A DNA stretch of 64,000 bases. Origin: a plasmid. Shown here piece by piece: positions 1 to 9,427 of the stretch (the stretch's first letter is position 1; the number at the start of each line of letters is the position of its first letter). The notes beneath the pieces are model-generated. The model was not told the DNA's origin. It saw only the letters and a list, made by a program, of their open reading frames with translations, and made no database searches. Both the position numbers and the translations under genes were made by a program. The stretch lies in the sequence record NZ_CP041047.1; one strand, given 5' to 3'.

Positions 1-155
1 TCTGACATATGTTTTCCACACAACTCACATGGCCCGAAAAAGTCGCTGCTGCGGCCTGTTGATTTTGTGAGTCTGACGATATTGCCTGTAGGTCTACCCA
101 TACTGCCCCCTGTGCTGCTGGCATTGACCGGCTGTCTGCCGTGCTAAATGAGTGG

Positions 156-614
156 TTATTTATCCGCGTCATCATCGGATTCTTTCGGCACGAGTTTTGT
201 ATAGCTAAATGTCATATCAGAGGGACGGATCCCATAGCGCCACGGCTTTCTGCGGTAGTTAACTGCCTCGCTTACCATCCAGCAGATAAGAGCGATACCC
301 GCCACTATCAGGTAGCCTTTGAGCAACAGCGAGTCCCATTGTTTAATGGCATCATCGGCATTCACCACGTGTCGCTGGCATTCTGAGGAGCGGAACGCGG
401 CAAACACTGCTTTCTCTTCAGGGCAAACCATGACCGAGGTGCTGGTGGCATTTCCAACCAGACTACGGGCCTGATCGAGGAAGACCTTGGATGGTGAACT
501 GGTAAGAACTGTGCAGAACAGAATGAGCAGTAACGCAACTGCCGGAGCAGTGACAAACGAGAAAATGAATGCCTGCCCGGATTTCCATAAAACGTCGCTG
601 ATGTAAAATTTCAT
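156..614 (-). CDS. hypothetical membrane protein (two hydrophobic segments, acidic C-terminus)
   Basis: 152-aa ORF; hydrophobic stretches 'APAVALLLILFCTVL' and 'LIVAGIALICWMV'; no recognisable family. Confidence 0.4.
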   Translation of the reverse strand: MKFYISDVLWKSGQAFIFSFVTAPAVALLLILFCTVLTSSPSKVFLDQARSLVGNATSTSVMVCPEEKAVFAAFRSSECQRHVVNADDAIKQWDSLLLKGYLIVAGIALICWMVSEAVNYRRKPWRYGIRPSDMTFSYTKLVPKESDDDADK

Positions 615-1014
615 GTCGGTGTTTCCTCTTATCGGTATTCAGGCCCAGAGCAGCCCGGGGCTTAATTTATGCTGACTGGAGTCCGCCAGATTGTTTCTCT
701 TCAGCGCGGGTATTCCAGCGCGTCACAGCGGCTTGTTCGGAGTCCTGAAACGCCACCGTGGCCTCACAGGAATTGCAGCAGGCGCGAAAATTATTCGAAA
801 TCTCCCGAACCCGGATACCTGCCCGGCACGAGGGGATAACCCTTTCGCGTCCAGGAAGGAGTGATAGGCTCGCTCAGTCATTTCAGCGGCAGTCATCCGG
901 GGTTTGTTGTCTGGCATATCCGTACCTTGTTCTCTGCTGCTGCTCAGTAATTACAGCCTGGCAGCGGCTATCGAAGTCAGGGACATCCTCAAGCTGGTGG
1001 ATGTACCGGGTTCA

Positions 1015-1308
1015 TCAGTCTTTCAGTGAATGGCCTTTAAAGCGTCTCACATAGCGTTTAATTTCATTTTCGGCCTGTTCCAGCGCGGAACGGTCGCTAT
1101 GCTCCAGCACACAGTAAGGCCCATGCGCTGGCCCGCCTTCACTGGTTTCGCAGCTATCCAGCTTGAAACGGTTGGATGCTTCAAAGATAAACTGGCTGAT
1201 TTTCGCAATGGAGATCTGGTCTTTGTCTTCCTGCTCTTTGGTGTCGATGACATCGCCGTTATACACGTCGAAATCGAGCCGCAGGCGGTAAACCGTGTCG
1301 ATGGCCAT
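1015..1308 (-). CDS. hypothetical protein
   Basis: 97-aa ORF 12 nt downstream of the preceding minus-strand ORF; protein-like composition, unlike the overlapping + ORF. Confidence 0.4.
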   Translation of the reverse strand: MAIDTVYRLRLDFDVYNGDVIDTKEQEDKDQISIAKISQFIFEASNRFKLDSCETSEGGPAHGPYCVLEHSDRSALEQAENEIKRYVRRFKGHSLKD

Positions 1309-1320
1309 AAGCGGTTCCTT

Positions 1321-1626
1321 TCAGAGGATGTCGTAGATGACCGGAACGCGGCCACGCTCTACCTGTTGATTCAGGGTGCGGAAACCACCGTGATCCACAA
1401 TGTAGAATTCTCCCGCCACAGCGGAGCGATGGAAGTCGGCGAGCTCTTCAGTTCCAAAGACAAAAACCGGGGTGGCAGAGGGAACGGTCATACTGGCAGA
1501 TTTTCCGCCGTAGCCGCGAACCGTGAAGGTCATTACCCCATCCGCGCTGGCGGGCAGGAAATCGGCGAAAATCGAATGAAAGGCTTTATTCGCCTTATCG
1601 CTGAATACGTCGGTCAGTGTCTGCAT
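1321..1626 (-). CDS. hypothetical protein
   Basis: 101-aa ORF; CAGGTGACGAAGG motif and a palindrome lie upstream of its start. Confidence 0.45.
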   Translation of the reverse strand: MQTLTDVFSDKANKAFHSIFADFLPASADGVMTFTVRGYGGKSASMTVPSATPVFVFGTEELADFHRSAVAGEFYIVDHGGFRTLNQQVERGRVPVIYDIL

Positions 1627-1683
1627 GATGCGCCCCGTGATCTCGTTTTATGTTGTACTGATACCAGTACAACACGGGCCCGA

Positions 1684-1696
1684 CAGGTGACGAAGG
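1684..1696 (-). promoter_or_regulatory. conserved 13-mer CAGGTGACGAAGG (motif B) upstream of the 1321..1626 gene
   Basis: exact copy of a 12-13-mer also found at 4615, 5658 and 16875. Confidence 0.4.
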
Positions 1697-1780
1697 CGAT
1701 ACGGCGGGTATTATCAGAATGATTATGTCGGTCTGAAATGGTGCATAAGGGAGCCGTCAGGCCCGGCTCCGGGATGCGAA

Positions 1781-2053
1781 TCAGCGGTCGTTATGCTGTA
1801 GCACCTCCACGAACTGTCCGCAGCTGTCACAGCAGTACTCATTGGCGAATCTGCCATCGTCCTTCCAGTTGTTTGCCCCGCAGCGGCAAAGCAGTACACG
1901 TACCTGAGAAGGGCGGATGCGAGCTTGCCCGAATTTGGTTGTCCACTGAGGCTCGCCATCAAAGCGAAAGGAGTCGATGCGAAACCTGCTTTCGCGTTCG
2001 AGGGTGTTGAGATATTTGAAGTACAGCTCTTCAGAAAGGATGGCATCGGTCAT
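1781..2053 (-). CDS. hypothetical small Cys-rich protein
   Basis: ORF 1781..2230 trimmed to the internal ATG at 2053, because the upstream gene ends at 2169; C-terminal CxC...CCxxC. Confidence 0.35.
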   Translation of the reverse strand: MTDAILSEELYFKYLNTLERESRFRIDSFRFDGEPQWTTKFGQARIRPSQVRVLLCRCGANNWKDDGRFANEYCCDSCGQFVEVLQHNDR

Positions 2054-2168
2054 CGTGTATTCCCTGTCTGGCCCCGTGGCTGGTGATTTGCGGCAGAGTG
2101 TTGCGTTGCGAAAACTGCCTGGGTTGTCGGAGCCATTACACCACGGGTCATACAGGTCACGAAGGGGG

Positions 2169-2450
2169 CTACTTGCCTGCCAGCGCTTTCTCTTCCCGGG
2201 TAGCCAGGCGCATTTGCCCAAAACCTTCACGGATCAGCAACGGCTTTTCTTTCTTCCAGCCCTTAATGACGGACTCACCGAAACGACGCGGGGCGTTACC
2301 ATTCCAGGTGGCGATGACATGGTTGTCATGGACTTCGACAATCACGACCGGGTGGACGACAACCGTCTTAAGTGTGGTGTTGCCCATATTTACCCGGCTA
2401 ACCGACCAGACACTCATCCCGGCTTCCAGCTGGCTTATTTTCATCTTCAC
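2169..2450 (-). CDS. hypothetical protein
   Basis: 93-aa ORF. Confidence 0.4.
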   Translation of the reverse strand: MKMKISQLEAGMSVWSVSRVNMGNTTLKTVVVHPVVIVEVHDNHVIATWNGNAPRRFGESVIKGWKKEKPLLIREGFGQMRLATREEKALAGK

Positions 2451-2519
2451 TTCCTTCTAAACGAACGTCGTGCGCCACGCGCTTAATGTCGTGACGCACA
2501 TTACCATGCCCGGGGCTTA

Positions 2520-2996
2520 TCAGAACATAAGCCAGGTGGCGTTACCGGCAGTATTTCTGGACTGGTAAGCTTTTGCCTGCGCGTGAAGCAGCTTCCACAG
2601 CTGGCGAAGTGTAGCGGCATGATTTTCACCACCAGCATTAACCCGCAGTTCACCGATCTCGCGGGTAACCGTGAAGCAATTCCGGCTCTCATCCCAGCCT
2701 GAATGTTCACGCGCTTCCACCACCAGATCATTGGACGTATCAGGGCCGGTCTTAGCAGCATTCAGCACGAACTCCGTTTTCACAGTAATACGGCTGGCGT
2801 TATCCGGCGCATCCAGAAAGACGGTGAACCCCTCAGTTCGGCGGTCAGTAGTACGACGGCTCCCCCAGGAGGTGATCCCCCGCTGGACACGCATCATTGA
2901 AAGGGCGTGGGACTCGGTAGCCTGCACCGAGCGATACAGGTCGGTCAGGGAAGAAATGCTGAAGCATTCAGGGGTAGTCTGGTTAACATCGGTCAT
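2520..2996 (-). CDS. hypothetical protein, paralog of 3032..3490
   Basis: 158 aa; shares 'GVTSWG.R', 'DAPDN.SRI', 'K..FVL' blocks with the adjacent gene. Confidence 0.5.
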   Translation of the reverse strand: MTDVNQTTPECFSISSLTDLYRSVQATESHALSMMRVQRGITSWGSRRTTDRRTEGFTVFLDAPDNASRITVKTEFVLNAAKTGPDTSNDLVVEAREHSGWDESRNCFTVTREIGELRVNAGGENHAATLRQLWKLLHAQAKAYQSRNTAGNATWLMF

Positions 2997-3031
2997 GGTA
3001 GATCCTCGGTTATGTGGTGTGTTTTCTGGCT

Positions 3032-3490
3032 TCAGTAGCTGTCGTTTGCCACGTAATAGGACGTGCCTGGATAGAAGTAGCGGTAATCCGGCTGCATATC
3101 ATTGGTGATGACAGATGTTTCTTCCCAGACCCCGCTGGTGGACATAAACTCATCTGCCGTTTCATTATCCAGACGCATATAGCGCTCAGGAGCGCATTCC
3201 GCCCAGGTGCGTTTCACCGTATCCCAGTTAGCGTACTGGCTGATTTCAATATTCAGGGGCGCATTCTTCTCAGGCTGGTTACGGCGGGAACTCAGCACGA
3301 AATTCAGCTTCAGGACGATACGACTGTCGTTGTCAGGAGTATCCATCCAGATCTGGTATTCAGCCGTAGGCCGGGATGACTGGTTTTTGCGGCCCCACGA
3401 GGTGACACCGGTTTTAACCTGGACTATCGAGACTTTATGCGCGTCGGTCTTGCCAGCGCTGGTCATCAATTCAGACAGACTTTTAAACAT
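3032..3490 (-). CDS. hypothetical protein, paralog of 2520..2996
   Basis: 152 aa; conserved blocks shared with the neighbour; bipartite motif upstream. Confidence 0.5.
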   Translation of the reverse strand: MFKSLSELMTSAGKTDAHKVSIVQVKTGVTSWGRKNQSSRPTAEYQIWMDTPDNDSRIVLKLNFVLSSRRNQPEKNAPLNIEISQYANWDTVKRTWAECAPERYMRLDNETADEFMSTSGVWEETSVITNDMQPDYRYFYPGTSYYVANDSY

Positions 3491-3520
3491 GGTGCATCCC
3501 CAGTGATAATTGGATTTGTT

Positions 3521-3564
3521 CGTTTTGTTTACTTATTAAATCACTGGTTACCCGGGTGACGAAG
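3521..3564 (-). promoter_or_regulatory. bipartite conserved motif (CGTTTTGTTTAC + GTGACGAAG) upstream of the 3032..3490 gene
   Basis: exact 12-mer CGTTTTGTTTAC at 3521-3532 and GGGTGACGAAG at 3554-3564. Confidence 0.45.
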
Positions 3565-3599
3565 TCAGAGCCGGGTAAAAAATGGACTAAATTTGCGGA

Positions 3600-3866
3600 T
3601 TAATTGCTGGTGGTGGTATTGACCTGCGGGACGGGGGCATCGAACAATTTGTCAAAGAAATCCACGCCACGCTGGTACACATCGCGCAGCTCAATATCTT
3701 CCTGCTCGGGCAGGTTTATATTATTGAGCACGGCAAGGCCTTTGCGAAGACGAGGAGCTAATACGGTTTCCAGATAGATCCTGCGGCCCGCGATGGTTTC
3801 CGGGGATGCTTCATTGATGTAAAAATCAATGGTCTTCGTGATGCTGTAATTCTTCACTTCACTCAT
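3600..3866 (-). CDS. hypothetical protein
   Basis: 88-aa ORF. Confidence 0.45.
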   Translation of the reverse strand: MSEVKNYSITKTIDFYINEASPETIAGRRIYLETVLAPRLRKGLAVLNNINLPEQEDIELRDVYQRGVDFFDKLFDAPVPQVNTTTSN

Positions 3867-3960
3867 CGTCTGGTACTCCTCAGAATGATGTCATAACACT
3901 CGGTTTGAATTCAGGGGAGGGGGAGCAACCCGGGCGAACGTACCCGGGTGCAGGCCGTGG

Positions 3961-4554
3961 TTATTCGAGACCCAACGCCACGTGATCGCCGTCCTCAGAC
4001 AGGCGAATGAAAAGCATCTGCGTCCCGCCGCTTAAGCCGAACTGTAGATCCCAGCCAGGGACTGAAGAGGTTTCGCATTCACGCACATCGATGACCTGGT
4101 CACGGTAGAGGACGAAGCGGGTATCAGACTTGTCATCTTCTGCGACGTGGGACATCTGATCAGCAAATTCGTCTTCGAGATCGAACCAGCTTTCCAGCCA
4201 GACCTTGTCAGAGACCAGGCTGATACCGCTGGTGGATTCCGCCGTGCCGGTCACAGCCTCAGCGACTGGTGCGACAGGAGCCATATTAAATACCGCATCA
4301 ACCACCAGCGCTTGCTCTGCGGTTGCCGGGTAAATCCCTTGCAGATAAACGCTATTGCCGTTCACTTCGAAGCCCTCTTCAAGGCTGATATCGCCATGAT
4401 CAACGTCATAAACATCCGCGAGGTTGCGAAGACAGATCAGGTTGGCTTCATCTTCGTTTTCCGCTTCAACGCGCATCAGTGGAAACTCGCCACCGCAGGA
4501 GTCGAATTCAAAATAGTGAACGTAGAAGATTTTTTTTCCGTTGGTGGTAGTCAT
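3961..4554 (-). CDS. hypothetical strongly acidic protein
   Basis: 197 aa, very rich in D/E; bipartite motif upstream. Confidence 0.5.
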   Translation of the reverse strand: MTTTNGKKIFYVHYFEFDSCGGEFPLMRVEAENEDEANLICLRNLADVYDVDHGDISLEEGFEVNGNSVYLQGIYPATAEQALVVDAVFNMAPVAPVAEAVTGTAESTSGISLVSDKVWLESWFDLEDEFADQMSHVAEDDKSDTRFVLYRDQVIDVRECETSSVPGWDLQFGLSGGTQMLFIRLSEDGDHVALGLE

Positions 4555-4582
4555 GATATTGCCCCGTGTGTTGAGTGTTGTT

Positions 4583-4627
4583 CGTTTTGTTTACTTATAA
4601 TCTCACGGGGTATTCAGGTGACGAAGG
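4583..4627 (-). promoter_or_regulatory. bipartite conserved motif upstream of the 3961..4554 gene
   Basis: CGTTTTGTTTAC at 4583-4594 and CAGGTGACGAAGG at 4615-4627. Confidence 0.45.
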
Positions 4628-4640
4628 GAATCGGGCATAA

Positions 4641-4668
4641 AAAAGCGGGGATTTAACCCCGCCTGTCT
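4641..4668 (-). terminator. rho-independent terminator (gcggggattta-accccgc hairpin + T-run on the minus strand)
   Basis: hairpin followed by a T-run, immediately downstream of the 4706..5032 stop. Confidence 0.6.
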
Positions 4669-4705
4669 TCGATTTCAGAGATTAGAAATCTGAGGGCGCT
4701 ACTCG

Positions 4706-5032
4706 CTAATATCCGTATTTTGAAGTTGAAGTGATATCAGGAGCTGGCGAACGTGAAAGGGGAAAGGTCTTATCTGGAGCAGGCACGAGTTTATTGGTTT
4801 TTGGTTGCCACGATACAACGACCGTACCTGACTGCGTAAGGCTAAGAGTGACAGTGACTGGTTGCCCATCAATAGCAGAATAAAAATTACATACTCGTCG
4901 CATTTTCAACCACAGCGCGGTGTAGGTATGTCCGTCCAGAAGGTATAAGCCTTCAGAAGCTAAAGCCGCCGCAATTTTTTTCTGCATCTCGTTAGCAGCA
5001 TTTATTTCTTGAATTTCGTCGCTCATTTTCAT
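4706..5032 (-). CDS. hypothetical protein
   Basis: 108-aa ORF followed by a terminator. Confidence 0.45.
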   Translation of the reverse strand: MKMSDEIQEINAANEMQKKIAAALASEGLYLLDGHTYTALWLKMRRVCNFYSAIDGQPVTVTLSLTQSGTVVVSWQPKTNKLVPAPDKTFPLSRSPAPDITSTSKYGY

Positions 5033-5163
5033 TCCTCAATGTGTGTAGGTCAAAAGGAAACCAGTTCGTCAGACTTCAGCTAAAAAGAGAAAGAATTCTA
5101 CGTTTAATCCTTAAGCATCATGGCATAGGGCGCGGGGGAGACGAAGAGAAAAAATACCAAAAA

Positions 5164-5190
5164 AAAAGCGGGGATTTATCCCCGCAAAAC
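5164..5190 (-). terminator. second copy of the gcggggattta-tccccgc terminator hairpin
   Basis: near-identical hairpin to 4641-4668 followed by T9 on the minus strand; no ORF >=60 aa upstream of it for 640 nt. Confidence 0.5.
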
Positions 5191-5657
5191 TACACACAGT
5201 AATTAATTACAACAATTTCCAGGGGGGGGCACTACACACACTCACACATCACAACTTCAGGGTGTCTGACGGAAACCGGCCTAAGCGCTTGTATCCCACC
5301 AGATGAAAAAATTGGTTTTAAAAACCGGTAATTCGTTAATACTTTCGTCCTGCTGCCCCGGTCTATTACCGGGGCAGCGGAGTCCGCCATTCTCGGCAGC
5401 GCCAGCAGATCAGTTTACATAGACTCGGATGTAAAGTTACGCGTTCGCATATAACCTCCTTAATGTGAGCCGGTTCACTGGATTGTGAATTGTCAGTAAC
5501 GCTAAATTCGTAGACTTCTGGTCTACAGCCTGGCTTATATAGGCAGGCGCGGCAGTTATTTAAGAGTTTGAACGTAACGAGAGCATTTACATAAATCCTC
5601 CTTTCTGTAGCTGACCAGATTTAACGTCTTTGCCTATTCAGTGAACCATACCCTATT

Positions 5658-5670
5658 CAGGTGACGAAGG
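5658..5670 (-). promoter_or_regulatory. conserved 13-mer CAGGTGACGAAGG (motif B)
   Basis: exact copy; lies ~60 nt upstream (minus strand) of an AGGAGG-ATG short ORF. Confidence 0.4.
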
Positions 5671-5830
5671 TTTCTGAGTGTAAAAATACGTAATTAGCAA
5701 CGCTATTATCGCTAATCCAAAAAATAGGGCGAGTGAAAACACCGGCAAAACGCGGACGTTTATACCGGTATTATTTATGAGTTGCTGGGGGCAATATCGC
5801 GAGGTAAGCAGTAGTCTGCTTTGCAGGAAC

Positions 5831-7003
5831 TTAACGGCCCGTATTGCTGGTGGTTAAAGTCTCATCCTGCGCCAGCAATGTGATCACATCCCCGGCAATC
5901 TCCGGGCGGATACCAGGCGATTTATGCGCGGCATGGGCCGCAACAGCCAGCGGTCTCCAGTTGAGAGACGCTGCAATACGCCTGATCTCTTCAATAACCC
6001 GGAATGTATCGCTCTCCAGTGCCAGGCCCGCACGAGCGGTATCGAAAGATACGCGCTGCGCCGAAGTGAGCGGTGAGTGCTTCTTCAGTTCTGCGGTGAT
6101 GATACGCTGCGCTTCAGCACCGATTGACGCACCACCTTCGACGACCCCGGTTAAACCGACGAGCTTACCTCCATCACTGCGGGTATTATCGTCTTTAACC
6201 CTGGGGGGCGGGGCCAGGGCGTTCAGATCCACGTCCTGTTGCAAGAGCTCCAGCAGGTCAGCCAGCATATCGGGTTGAATCACACCTTTTAAAGCCGCTG
6301 CGCGTTTCGCCAGGCTGACAGGAGAACGTCCCAGGCGGGCGGACATCGCGATAAGGCAATTAGCCACAACAAAGAGGTCATCAACCCCAATCAGTGGGGC
6401 ACACTCCAGCCGGAACGTCTGATCATCACGGATTGCATGAGCTGGTGGGGCCGGTTTAGGTGTTTTGGGTTTTGCCTGCGGCTTGTCATAACCACGAAGG
6501 GCTTTTTCTGCACTGTCAGAAACCTTACGGATGCTTTGCGCCAGTTCGTCACCACCAGCCAGGCCTGCGGTCAGCTGAAGCATATAATTGAGTCTGCCGA
6601 GCATGTCAGGGGATGCAAGCCCGGTCGCTATCTTCTGGCTGATGTCGTTAAGGTTGCTGAGTATGCCACCGGCGATTTTTGACGGGGGTGTAACAACCGC
6701 CTGGACATTATGGCTGGTATGAATTTCCCGCGACACCAGAGTGAGCACTTTGCGCCAGTCAGGTTGTACACCGGCATCCAGCGTCTCAAGGTGGCTGATT
6801 GCATTTCTCAGGCTATCCCATCTGGATAGCTGTAGAGGCTCACCGTGCTGCTTTCCCGATTTCAGCCACTGAACGAGGTAGACGAAGTCAGATGTAGCTG
6901 AAGCCACCAGCCCGGCAATAACACGCTCTCTTGCTTGAGGCGTTGTAGGGTTAGTTCTGCGCACCGGCAGACGGTCATTTTTGTGCGCGGTTGGTCTTTT
7001 CAT
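5831..7003 (-). CDS. hypothetical protein (390 aa)
   Basis: long ORF, no recognisable motif. Confidence 0.55.
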   Translation of the reverse strand: MKRPTAHKNDRLPVRRTNPTTPQARERVIAGLVASATSDFVYLVQWLKSGKQHGEPLQLSRWDSLRNAISHLETLDAGVQPDWRKVLTLVSREIHTSHNVQAVVTPPSKIAGGILSNLNDISQKIATGLASPDMLGRLNYMLQLTAGLAGGDELAQSIRKVSDSAEKALRGYDKPQAKPKTPKPAPPAHAIRDDQTFRLECAPLIGVDDLFVVANCLIAMSARLGRSPVSLAKRAAALKGVIQPDMLADLLELLQQDVDLNALAPPPRVKDDNTRSDGGKLVGLTGVVEGGASIGAEAQRIITAELKKHSPLTSAQRVSFDTARAGLALESDTFRVIEEIRRIAASLNWRPLAVAAHAAHKSPGIRPEIAGDVITLLAQDETLTTSNTGR

Positions 7004-7183
7004 CTCGTATATCTCAACTTGGTTCCATCAACGATAAATCCGTGTCCGGGATCCAGACAACAATCAATCCATTGTATTTACCATGTTTGATATCGGCACA
7101 ACCGGCAGCGCCGTCAAAAATTTGATTCATGACGGCGCTGATCAGAGCAGAAAACACTGAGGGAGGGGTTACAACTTCATGCG

Positions 7184-7879
7184 CTAAGCCTTGAGTGAGC
7201 GATGCAGCTGCTTTACAAATGCATCGAGATTTGGAGTAATTCTGGCATTGTCTGCATAGGCCATTTTGCCATTGGTATCGTCATGCAGATGCATCCTTCC
7301 GCTATTGCGGGCAATACGGCGAAGTTCTGTATTTGCTGGGTAGAGTTTGTGAATGGCTTCTCTCAGGCGCTCTATTTCCGAAATCAGCTCACGGGGGTTC
7401 TCAACAGGTTCGGCGGGGGAAGTGGTAAGCACCCGAAATTCAGCGTTCTCTGGCTGCATCTTAATCACTTCGATGACTCTGTCCCGGGCAACGGAATTCC
7501 ATTCTGTAGCCATGCCGTTGTACTGGTTTCGAATGCGGAACTGGTAAACCGGCTCCTGCTCGTTGACCAGTAACCAGGCATCGGCGAGCGCTAAATAGAA
7601 AGATACAGGCCGGTTTATCACTTGGTGTTCCTGAAGGGTATTTTTATAGCTGAGGACATCTTCAGGAAGGATATCCGTGATACTGGAGGTGAATTTTAGC
7701 GGATCCAGTGGATAGACCGGGCCGATTACCTTAAGTACAGCAACAGGGTTATTACCATCATCGGTAAACCAGAAATCATTATCCTGGCCGATATTGAGCC
7801 GAACATCTGCGGTCTGATTATCTGCGAGAACGGCCTGCACCCGACGACCATTTTGCCACCAGCGTGGTGTACCTTGCAT
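7184..7879 (-). CDS. hypothetical protein (231 aa)
   Basis: ORF. Confidence 0.5.
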   Translation of the reverse strand: MQGTPRWWQNGRRVQAVLADNQTADVRLNIGQDNDFWFTDDGNNPVAVLKVIGPVYPLDPLKFTSSITDILPEDVLSYKNTLQEHQVINRPVSFYLALADAWLLVNEQEPVYQFRIRNQYNGMATEWNSVARDRVIEVIKMQPENAEFRVLTTSPAEPVENPRELISEIERLREAIHKLYPANTELRRIARNSGRMHLHDDTNGKMAYADNARITPNLDAFVKQLHRSLKA

Positions 7880-7942
7880 ACATACCTCTTACAGGAATAT
7901 AGCCCGAAAGCCCACCTGCTGGTGGGCGGACAGAACATGGGT

Positions 7943-8338
7943 CTACTGAAGGTACTGCTCTGCCTGAGCAATACGTGAAAGAGTACCGGCATTCGGTTCA
8001 ATCATCTGTATACGTCGGCTGTCCTCCAGTAAACCGGCAATAAGGTGTTTGTCGGTATATGGGGCATCGTCATCCCCGAGCATACGGCGGATAGCGGATA
8101 AATCTCCGTTGGGAACCGGGTAAACCGACTCGATAAAGAGCTGATCACCGTGAGGGTTCTCCCACTCATACGGGCCTTGGGCGGAAGCCGCAAAACCGGA
8201 ATCATTCAGACTGGCGAAATCTTCAAGCGCCTGGAGGCGGGCCGCAGTTTCATCAGTAGCGTAGATTAAGATCATACGCGCCGTCTCAGGCGATGAGCAG
8301 AACAGCAAAATGAGGAATGGCAGCATGTTGAACTCCAT
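7943..8338 (-). CDS. hypothetical protein
   Basis: 131-aa ORF; start overlaps the upstream gene's stop (coupled). Confidence 0.45.
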   Translation of the reverse strand: MEFNMLPFLILLFCSSPETARMILIYATDETAARLQALEDFASLNDSGFAASAQGPYEWENPHGDQLFIESVYPVPNGDLSAIRRMLGDDDAPYTDKHLIAGLLEDSRRIQMIEPNAGTLSRIAQAEQYLQ

Positions 8339-8610
8339 CAGTTAGCGATTTGTTGAGCTGGCGGTGTGGCTACGCCGGTGAGTTGCTTAAGACGAATATT
8401 GAGCTCATGAATCACGTCATCGCGTTTGCGCCAGCTGGTGGATGGCAGGGCCAGGAGCGCTTCAGCTTCAGACACGGAGAGACCAGCCAGGTGAGCTTTC
8501 GATGAAATCTCTGCGTTATATAATTGCTTCAGCACAACCAATGAGTGCTGGGAGGATGCAGCCATCATCATGAAATGGCGAAGCACCGCACAATAGATTT
8601 GAGTAGACAT
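8338..8610 (-). CDS. hypothetical protein
   Basis: 90-aa ORF. Confidence 0.45.
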   Translation of the reverse strand: MSTQIYCAVLRHFMMMAASSQHSLVVLKQLYNAEISSKAHLAGLSVSEAEALLALPSTSWRKRDDVIHELNIRLKQLTGVATPPAQQIAN

Positions 8611-8625
8611 ATTAAGCCGCCTCGT

Positions 8626-8877
8626 TCAATGCGTGAGGTAATGATTAATGGCATGTTCAACATAGCCAACAGATTTACCCACTAGGTGTGCAAGTTGCTG
8701 CACATGATGATGGTGAACTTCACGGCACGGGCCAAATGAAGTGGTGTAGCGATACCAGAGACTACGGCCTACAGAAAAAAGTTCTTTTTCTGTCTGCGGG
8801 CGTACTGGATAACAAACTGGACGTGCAGATGTAGTGCGACGACCGTTATTTCGAACTTGATGAATTGCAGTATTCAT
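8626..8877 (-). CDS. hypothetical protein
   Basis: 83-aa ORF with a motif-A variant upstream. Confidence 0.4.
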   Translation of the reverse strand: MNTAIHQVRNNGRRTTSARPVCYPVRPQTEKELFSVGRSLWYRYTTSFGPCREVHHHHVQQLAHLVGKSVGYVEHAINHYLTH

Positions 8878-8899
8878 AAATCACCCCGCGTATGTTTTT

Positions 8900-8949
8900 C
8901 GTTTTGTTTACTAACTTCAGTTAAACACACGCCGGGTGGCTGACGAATA
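8900..8949 (-). promoter_or_regulatory. bipartite motif (CGTTTTGTTTAC + variant GGCTGACGAATA)
   Basis: exact motif A at 8900-8911. Confidence 0.4.
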
Positions 8950-8998
8950 GAAAAGCCATAAATAAAAGAGCTAAAAAATTAAGCTCTTTATGAAAGAA

Positions 8999-9415
8999 TT
9001 ATTCTGGGGTTGGAAACCAGATAATGTCCGAAATAGGCTTATTGCCCGTCAGTAAAGCCAGGCTGGAATGCAGTTCTTTAACGATCTGCTTATTATTCTG
9101 CGTTTTCTCAAGTGCCGCTATAGCCTTTAGCAGAGTATTTGCCACGGATGCTTTAGCATATGCCTGCGGTGAGCCGGTTAGCACCTGACTCATTATTTCC
9201 GTATTGTTAGATGGCAAATAGCCTTGCTCCTCGGCAATTCGTTCTGCACCGGGTGCTGAAATAACCGATGCGGCAAGTTCGTGTTCGTTTGCATAGTTGA
9301 TAACATCAGATAACATTTCGAGAGCAGTGGTATCTGTCATGATAAAGCCGTCTGCTACCCACTGAGGAGCAACATCGAAGCGAACCACCCAAGAGTAAGG
9401 TATTACGTTTGACAT
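8999..9415 (-). CDS. hypothetical protein
   Basis: 138-aa ORF. Confidence 0.45.
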   Translation of the reverse strand: MSNVIPYSWVVRFDVAPQWVADGFIMTDTTALEMLSDVINYANEHELAASVISAPGAERIAEEQGYLPSNNTEIMSQVLTGSPQAYAKASVANTLLKAIAALEKTQNNKQIVKELHSSLALLTGNKPISDIIWFPTPE

Positions 9416-9427
9416 ATAGTGACCTCA

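Noticed and set aside
1030..1722. 230-aa plus-strand ORF overlapping two minus-strand ORFs
   Set aside because: Arg/Gly-rich, unnatural composition; the minus-strand ORFs 1015..1308 and 1321..1626 fit the local gene orientation and regulatory motifs.
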